Part shown: positions 22,401 to 28,400 of the stretch, one piece after another
How the letters are laid out: every line of letters begins with the position of its first letter
Numbering within the stretch: position 1 is the stretch's first letter
DNA from: Alphaproteobacteria bacterium
GTDB taxonomy: Bacteria; Pseudomonadota; Alphaproteobacteria; GCA-2731375
Length of the DNA: 64,000 bases
Reading direction: 5' to 3'
Assembly (NCBI GenBank): GCA_965232515.1
Contig: CBDDPY010000002.1
Span: forward strand, 7,072,001-7,136,000
Made by a program: the position numbers and the translations under genes
Notes under the pieces: generated by a model
The model's input: the letters and a program-made list of their open reading frames with translations, nothing else
What the model was told of the DNA's origin: nothing
Databases searched by the model: none

Positions 22401-25400
22401 GATGAGGGCGCTGCCGCTGTTGAAGTTCAGGGTACCGGTGCCCAACAGGACCGTGCCGACGGCCAGCGTTGTCGCGCCGAAGTTGACTGCCAGCGTCTGA
22501 CCGGCGGCGATATCGATCGTTCCGGTATTGCTGACCGTGCCGCTGCCGTTCGAAATCGTCAGGTTGGCGTTGATGTCGAACAGTCCGCTGTTGCTGACCG
22601 AGCCGCCGCCGTTCGACACGATCAGGAAACCGTCGACGGTTACCGTGCCGCCGTTGTTGAAGCTGGCACTCGTATTGTCGATTTGCAGGCCGGTAACGAT
22701 ATTGAGCGCGCCCTGATTGTCGACCGAGCCGATAATCGTTCGGCCGCCGCCCCCGGTGCCGGCGATGCTGCGGATTTCGCCACCGACACTGTTCAGCAGC
22801 GTGCCGCTCAGGATCTGCAGCGTCGCGCCACTGGCGCCGGTGAAAATGTTCGACAGCTCGATAATGCCGTCATTGGTGAAGCCGGTACCGACGATCAGCC
22901 TGGCGTTGTCGACGGACGATCCCTCGATACGCAGTATCGCGGTCGCGGTATTGCCAACGCTGCCGTTCAGCGAGGTGCTGCGTTGCGCCGAGAGTGCGGC
23001 CTGATTGGTCAGGTTCGCATCGAGCGTGGCGCCGATCAGCGCCAAGTCGCCTTGATTGTCGATCGTGCCGACGCCGCCGATGGTCGTCGACAGCACGCTT
23101 GCGATGCCGCCGGCGGAGATTTCCAGCGTCGTGGCGTCGAGCGTCTTCACGCCGGCGCCGCTCACCGTCGTGCTGCCGCTCACGGCAACGCCGCCCGTCC
23201 CGGTCAGCGTGCCCGCGGACCATATGAAATTGCCCGCAATGCTGGTGCCGCCTGGCCCGCCATAAGCGCCGCCGGACAGCGTCAAGCCGGCGCTTGCATC
23301 GAAATTGGCTACCGTTGCGACGGTCAGCGTGCCCGCGGCGACGTCGACCGTATCGCCGGCGGTCAGGCTGTTCAGGTTCGTCGTGCTGGTGTCGTAGACG
23401 ACCGGTCCGGTCCCGGACGGGATGACCACGTCGTCGCCGTCGATCGGCGTCCGGCCGGTGTCCCAGTTGGCATCCGTGTGCCACGAGCCGTCGCCGCTGC
23501 CGTTGGTGAACGTCACCGTCGACGTGCCCGCGCCGGTGATCGTCACGGTGACGTCAGCGCTGTCCTCGCCGCCACTTCCGTCCGACACGGTGTAGCGGAA
23601 GCTGTCGGTCGTGGTTTCGCCCGGCGCCAGGGCATTGAAGGCGCCGGCCGGGTCGTAATTGACCGTGCCGTCGGGATTGATCGTCACCTGGCCCTGGGTG
23701 TCGAAGAAGGCCGTGTCGATGTCGATCACCTCCAGCACGTCGCCTGTGTCCTGATCGGTGTCGTTCGCCAGCACATCGATATCGACGGCGGCAAGATTGC
23801 TGGTGGCGGCGCCATCGGCCGACGTGTCGTCGACGGCGACCGGCAGGTCATTGATGTCGTTCACGGTGATCGTGAAGCCGGGGGTCGTCGCCGTGATCGA
23901 CAGGGAGTTCAGACGATAGTCTTCGTTTGTATCGTTCCGCGCGATGAAGAAGGTCAGCGGCGCGTCCGGATTCAACGGGTTGTTTGAGAAGTCGAAGGTG
24001 AAGCTGTCGCCACCTTCGGTGATGGTCATGGTCGTATCGCCGCCGTTACGGATCGCATAGACCAATCGGAACGGTTCGACGGCGCCCAGGCCGCCCTGGA
24101 CGAAGGCGAAGGTGGGCACGCTGTTGCCGTTGACCACGCCCTCGCGCACGAACCAGGACCCGGCGCTGTTGTCGGCGCGTTCCCAGGCGGTGATGTTGCT
24201 GCCGTCCAGCAACCCGAAGATGAAGTCGTTGTCGCCGGTGAGCGGCTCGTAGTCGATGTCGATCGTCACCGTGACGTCGTCGCGGTCCGCAGCCGGCAGC
24301 AGGTCATAGGTGAACAGAAACTGATCACCGCCGGCGTCCCCGGACGTGAAGTCGATCGCGCTGCCGCTGATCGTGCCGGTCTCGTTGAACGTGACGTCGG
24401 GGTTGCCGATCAGGTCCTGTCCGGTCTGCGTCGCGTCGAACAGCCGGCCGGCCGTGACGGTCAGACCGCCGCTGTCCTGCGCCGTCACCTGCACGGTGAC
24501 GGTCGGCTCGGTCTCGAAGTCCAGGCTGACGCCGTCCCGCAGCTTCAATTGATCGCCAACCACTTCGAAACGCGGGTCGTCGACGGTGAAGGTATGGCTG
24601 TCGCCGGTGTCGGGATCGATCGCGGTCAAGGTGCCGACCACGGCGCCGGGCGTGTTCTCGTCGACGCTGGCGTTGCTGAGCAGAATACTGCTCGGCGGGT
24701 CGTTCAGGCCGGTGACGCCAATGCTTGCCGTGGCCGTCGCCTCGCCGCCATTGCCGTCCGAGATCGTGTAATCGAAGCTGTCGATTACGGTATCGCCGGC
24801 GGGCAGATCGTCGAACTGCCCGTTCGGATCGTAGGCGAAGCTGCCGTCGGCGTTGAGGGTCAGCAGCGCCCCTGAGGCCAGCGCAATCTGTACACCGACG
24901 CTGGCCGCCGAACCGTTCACCGCCGATACGGTGAGCGCGTCACCGTCAGGGTCGTCGTCCAAGCCGCTGCCGTTGTCGACCAGCACGTTGCCCGCCGTCA
25001 GTGTATTCTGGTCGGTGACAAAGGCATCGGCCCGCGCCACGGGGTCGTTATTGACACCGGTGACCGTGACCGTGGCGGTCGCCGTGGCGGTACCGCCGTT
25101 GCCATCCGAAATCGTGTAGTCGAAGCTGTCCGATCGGGCGCTGCCGACACCGAGATCGTCGAACTGGCCATTGGGATCGTAGGTGAACGTGCCATCGGCA
25201 TTCAGGGTCAGCAGCGCGCCCGAGGCCAGGCTGATTGGATTGCCGATGTCGGCCGGCTGCCCGTTGACGGCGATCACCGTCAACGGGTCGCCTTCGGGAT
25301 CGCTGTCCGGACCGCTGCCATCGCCGGCCAGCACGTTCTCCGTCGTCAGCGGCGTGTTCTCGTCGGTGACGAAGAAGTCGTCCAGCGCCACGGGACCGTC

Positions 25401-28400
25401 GTTGACGCCGGTGACGGTAACAGTCGCCGTCGCCGTCGCGGTGCCGCCGTTGCCGTCCGAAATCGTGTAGTCGAAGCTGTCGTCCCGGCTCTGACCATCA
25501 CCGAGGTCTTCGAACTGCCCGTTCGGGTCATAGGCGAAGGTTCCGTCGGCGTTCAGCGTCAACAGGGCGCCGGAGGCCAGTGCGATCTGGCTGCCGACGG
25601 CCGCCGCCTGGCCGTTGACTTCCGTCACCGTCAGTGGATCGCCGTCGACATCGCTGTCCGCCCCGCTGCCGTTGTCGGCCAGCACGCTGCCGCCGGTGAG
25701 CGCAGTGTCTTCATCGATCGTGAAGGCGTCGGGCTGCGCCACCGGCGCCGTGTTGTCGAACGCGCCCGTAATGGTGATGTCGACGGTCGCGGTATCGCTG
25801 GCGCCATCGTTGTCCGAGAGCGTGTATTGGAAACTGTCGTTGGCAGTTTCGCCGGTCGTGAGGCTGTCGAATTGACCGTTGGGGTCGTAGGTAAAGGTGC
25901 CGTCGGCGTTGAGCGTCAGCAGCGCACCCGAGCCCAAGGTGATCTGATTGCCGACATCGGCGGTCTCGCCGTTTACCGCGCTCACCGTAAGGACGGCGCT
26001 GTCGACATCGCTGTCCGGCCCGTTGCCGTTGTCGGCCAACACATTGCCGCTGGTCAGCGCGGTGTCTTCGTCCGTCGTGAAGCCGTCTGCTTGCGCAACC
26101 GGTGCGTCGTTGACGCCGGTGACGGTAACCGTGGCCGTCGCCGACGCGCTGCCGCCCCGGCCGTCGGAGATCGTGTAGTCGAAGCTGTCGTCCCGGCTCT
26201 GGCCCACGGCCAGATCGTCGAACTGTCCGTTCGGATCGTAGGCGAAGCTGCCGTCGGCGTTCAGCGTCAGGAGCGCGCCGGAGGCCAGCGTGATCTGGGC
26301 GCCGATATCGGCCGGCGAGCCGTTCACAGCCGAGACGGTCAGCGGGTCGTCGGCATCGCTGTCGGGGCCGTTGCCGTTATCGGCCAGCACATTGCCGCCG
26401 GCGAGCGCCGTATCCTCGTCCGTAGAGAAGGCGTCATCCTGGGCGATGGGAACTTCGTTCGCCCCCGTCACCGTGATCGTGACGGTGGCGCTGTCGAATC
26501 CGCCCTGGCCGTCCGAGACGGTATAGTCGAAGCTGTCCGATCCGGTCTGGCCGACGTCGAGGCCGTCGAACTGGCCATTCGGATCGTAGCTGAAGCTGCC
26601 GTCGGCGTTCAGGGTCAGGAGAGCGCCCGACGACAGCGCGACCTGATTGCCGACGTCGGCCGGATCGCCGTTGACCTCGGCAATGCTCAAACTGTCACCG
26701 TCGATATCGGCGTCCGCGCCGCTGCCGTTGTCGGCCAGCACGTTGCCGCCGATCAGCGCGCTGTCTTCATCCGTCGTGAACGCGTCCGCTTGCGCAACGG
26801 GGCCGTCGTTGACGCCGGTGACCGTGACGGTGGCGGTCACCGTCGCGGTGCCGCCGTTGCCGTCGGAAACGGTGTAGTCGAAGCTGTCGTCCCGGCTCTG
26901 GCCGACGCCGAGGTCCTCGAACTGTCCGTTCGGCTCGTAAGCAAACGTGCCGTCCGCATTCAAGGTCAGCAGCGCACCCGAGGCCAAGATGATCTGACTG
27001 CCGATATTGGCCGACTGACCGTTGACTTCCGTGACCGTCAGCGCATCGCCATCGAGATCGATGTCCGGTCCAGCGCCATTGTCGAGCAGCACGTTGCCGG
27101 TGACGAGCGGCGTCGCTTCGTTGGTCGTGAAGGAATCGTCCCGCCCCAGCGGATCGTTGTTGATGCCGGTGAGCGTGATATCCACGTCGTCGAAGCGGAT
27201 GGTCTCGATGCCGGTCAACGTGTCAGTGCCGTCTGGACCGACGATTGTCGCCGTGCCGACACCGGTGATGGTGACGTCGGAATCATCGACGCTGCCGCCG
27301 ATGACCGCGATATCGTCGCCGTCACCGCCGTCCAACTGGTCGTTGCCGGCACCGCCGGTCAGCTGATCATTGCCGGCGCCGCCGATCAGTTGATCATCGC
27401 CGCCGCGTCCAATCAGAATGTCGTCGCCGCCGGCGCCATCCAGCACGTTGGCGGCATCGTCGCCGGCAATCGTGTCATTGCCCGGACCGCCTGTCGCGTT
27501 CTCAATCGCGATCAGTTCATCACTGTCGACGTCCAAGCCGCTTGCCGTGCCGGCGGCCAGATCGATTTCGACGCCGGATGCGGCGCTGGGATAGATAATC
27601 GTGTCGGTGCCGGGTCCGCCGTCGTAAACGTCGTCGCCTTCGCCTTCGCCTGCGACGATGACATCGTCTCCTGGTCCGCCGACGACCTGATCGTCACCGG
27701 CGCCGCCAGTCAGCCGGTCGTTGCCGCTGCCGCCGTCGAGGGTGTCGTTTCCAGGACCGCCGATCAAGATATCGTCGTCGTCGCCGCCGGCAATCACATC
27801 GTTTCCGGCTCCGCCATCCAACAGATCGCTGCCGCCAAAGCCGTCAACCTGGTCGTCGCCGTCCGTGCCGACGATCACGTCGGCCGCGGGCGACCCGCTG
27901 AACGTGGTCGGTCCCGTAGGCGGTGTCGTGACCAGTTGATCTTCAGAAGTGCTGCCGTTCGTCGTCGTCGTTGCATCGTCGGACGACGCCGTCGCCGCCG
28001 GATCGCCGGCGGCGATCTGGTCATCGTCGGCTGCTCCGACCGTCGCATCCGCGACCGGATCGAAGGCCTCGAGCGCCGCAATCAGCGTCTCGGATACCGC
28101 GGGTATGGTTGTCTCCGATGCGCCGGCCGCGGGAGCGATCCCCGCCAATTGCTCCGGAGTTAGATCGCCATCCTCGGCCTCGGCCCGCTGCGTTTCGCCA
28201 TCTTCCTGGATGTCGCCGCGTCGCTGACGGGTGCCCGACTGCGATTCCAAAATGCGCACGGCGCCGCCGAACAACGCCCGCATTTCATCCGGCGCAATCA
28301 CGAACGTCTCGCCCGGTGTCGCGAAGAAGCTGACGACTTCAGTCGATTGGAACGCTTCGGAGAGAATGCGTTGGCCGGCCGCATTGCTGATGCTGACCAG

